Shown here: positions 63,196-64,000 of the stretch, in pieces
Layout of the letters: every line of letters starts with the position of its first letter
Numbering within the stretch: position 1 is the first letter of the stretch
Assembly (NCBI GenBank): GCA_964421985.1
Contig: CAYQZE010000108.1
Location: 2,224 to 66,223 of the forward strand
DNA: 64,000 nucleotides
Origin: an uncultured Dehalococcoidia bacterium
GTDB taxonomy: Bacteria; Chloroflexota; Dehalococcoidia; DSTF01; JACRBR01
Reading direction: 5' to 3'
Notes under the pieces: generated by a model
What the model was told of the DNA's origin: nothing
Database searches by the model: none
Seen by the model: the letters and a program-made list of their open reading frames with translations, nothing else
Position numbers and translations under genes: made by a program

Positions 63196-64000
63196 GTGCC
63201 CCGTCCAGCGCACCACCTCGCATCGTTCGCGATTCTTTCGATCGCCGGCGCCGTATGCCTGACCGGCTGCGGCTTCGTCGGCGCGTCCCCCACCAGGACA
63301 CCGACGAACACCTCGACCGCCACGCCGACACCCACGCCCACACGCACGCCAACACCGAGCGTCACCCCAACGCCCACCGCCACGCCGACGCCGACCGCAA
63401 CGCCCGTGCCGCACGTCAGCGCATCGGCCGCCAGCGTGGCACAGGGCGGGACGATCGTGGTGCGCGTGACGCCCGCGGGCAGCGCGGCAACAGCATCCGT
63501 GCGCTTCCGTGCACGCGAGTACCCGCTCATCGAGGATGCCGACGGCTTGTGGGCCGTGATCGGCGCCGCCAATGACGCTGATCCTGGCGGCGACGCGATC
63601 ACCGTAACGCTCTTCGATACCGCCGACGAAGTCACCGGTGTCGTGTCGTTACCCGTCGAGATCGCGCCCACCGACTACCCGGTCGAGTACATCACCGTGC
63701 CGCCCATCGGCGATCCCAACGGCCTGCGCTCCGCCGATGACGTGCAGATCGAGCTGAACATCCGCGCCGAGGTCTACGCGCAGTTCACGCCTACGAAGCT
63801 CTGGAGCGGCGCGTTCACGCTCCCATCGAACGGACCGCTCACGACCGTGTTTGGCGCGGCGCGGAGCTACAACGGCGGCCCTGCCACGCTCCATCATAGC
63901 GGCACGGACTTCGCCGACGACGAAGGCTCCTCCGTCGTCGCTGCTGCCGCCGGGATCGTCGCGTACGTCGGTCTGCTCACGGTGCGCGGCAACTCGGTGA
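63196..64000 (+). CDS. M23 (LytM-type) metallopeptidase lipoprotein, 3'-truncated by the window edge
   Basis: Not in the ORF track because there is no stop in the window. My own translation from the GTG at 63196 gives VPRPAHHLASFAILSIAGAVCLTGC (lipobox), a Thr/Pro-rich linker, then ...GPATLHHSGTDFA (the HxxxD motif of M23). The frame stays open to nt 64000. Confidence 0.8.
   Translation, partial: MPRPAHHLASFAILSIAGAVCLTGCGFVGASPTRTPTNTSTATPTPTPTRTPTPSVTPTPTATPTPTATPVPHVSASAASVAQGGTIVVRVTPAGSAATASVRFRAREYPLIEDADGLWAVIGAANDADPGGDAITVTLFDTADEVTGVVSLPVEIAPTDYPVEYITVPPIGDPNGLRSADDVQIELNIRAEVYAQFTPTKLWSGAFTLPSNGPLTTVFGAARSYNGGPATLHHSGTDFADDEGSSVVAAAAGIVAYVGLLTVRGNSV

Noticed and set aside
63189-63671. 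160-aa minus-strand ORF with GVGVAVGV repeats
   Set aside because: It is the antisense image of the Thr/Pro-rich linker of the plus-strand M23 lipoprotein gene.
1-64000. Search by eye for tRNA/rRNA genes, IS elements, integrases, cas genes or prophage blocks
   Set aside because: I recognised none: no T-loop GGTTCGAATCC-type sequences and no transposase- or recombinase-like ORFs. This is not proof of absence without tRNAscan, Infernal or ISfinder runs.

Overview
High-GC bacterial chromosomal window. The gene content (F420/PPOX enzyme, Ni-SOD with SodX, Lhr helicase, GTGA/ATGA-coupled operons, a possible leaderless start) is compatible with Chloroflexota or Actinomycetota, but taxonomy cannot be fixed from sequence alone. 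I support about 60 protein genes. I recognised no rRNA, tRNA, CRISPR array, transposase or integrase by eye.

Gene content, in order:
- Molybdopterin synthesis (moaA, partial, and moaC) and a tungsten-type aldehyde:ferredoxin oxidoreductase.
- An M16 peptidase followed by a MacB/FtsX-type ABC exporter.
- A translationally coupled aldo/keto reductase, fused siroheme decarboxylase (AhbA/B) and ChdC/HemQ set.
- An orphan csrA.
- An FTR1 iron permease with a cupredoxin lipoprotein, divergent from sodN-sodX.
- A long minus-strand stress cluster: ECF sigma with a fused ZAS domain, FAD oxidoreductase, ChrB-like protein, ArsR, ArsC and two unknown proteins.
- CoA-transferase, two Rv2258c-like methyltransferases, Crp, and Lhr.
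- A TetR, Rieske oxygenase, amidohydrolase and solute-binding protein cluster.
- Citrate synthase, selD, and glgA with a ROK kinase.
- A 3'-truncated M23 peptidase that is absent from the ORF track.

Most notable observations:
1. Three divergent ferritin-like paralogs. Only one keeps a full E..ExxH..E..ExxH diiron motif. Two sit in tandem next to an SCP2-less alkylsulfatase-type MBL hydrolase and a frameshifted crotonase. The third sits beside a stand-alone SCP2-like gene.
2. An ECF sigma factor carrying a complete RsrA-like ZAS motif in the same polypeptide.
3. A perfect 13-copy heptanucleotide microsatellite immediately upstream of a phosphotransferase gene.
4. A shared TTAGC-N4-GCTAA palindrome upstream of one ferritin-like gene and of the iron permease operon.
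5. A low-GC islet carrying hicAB plus an unknown third gene.

All functional calls come from motif recognition by eye. No database search or computation was run.
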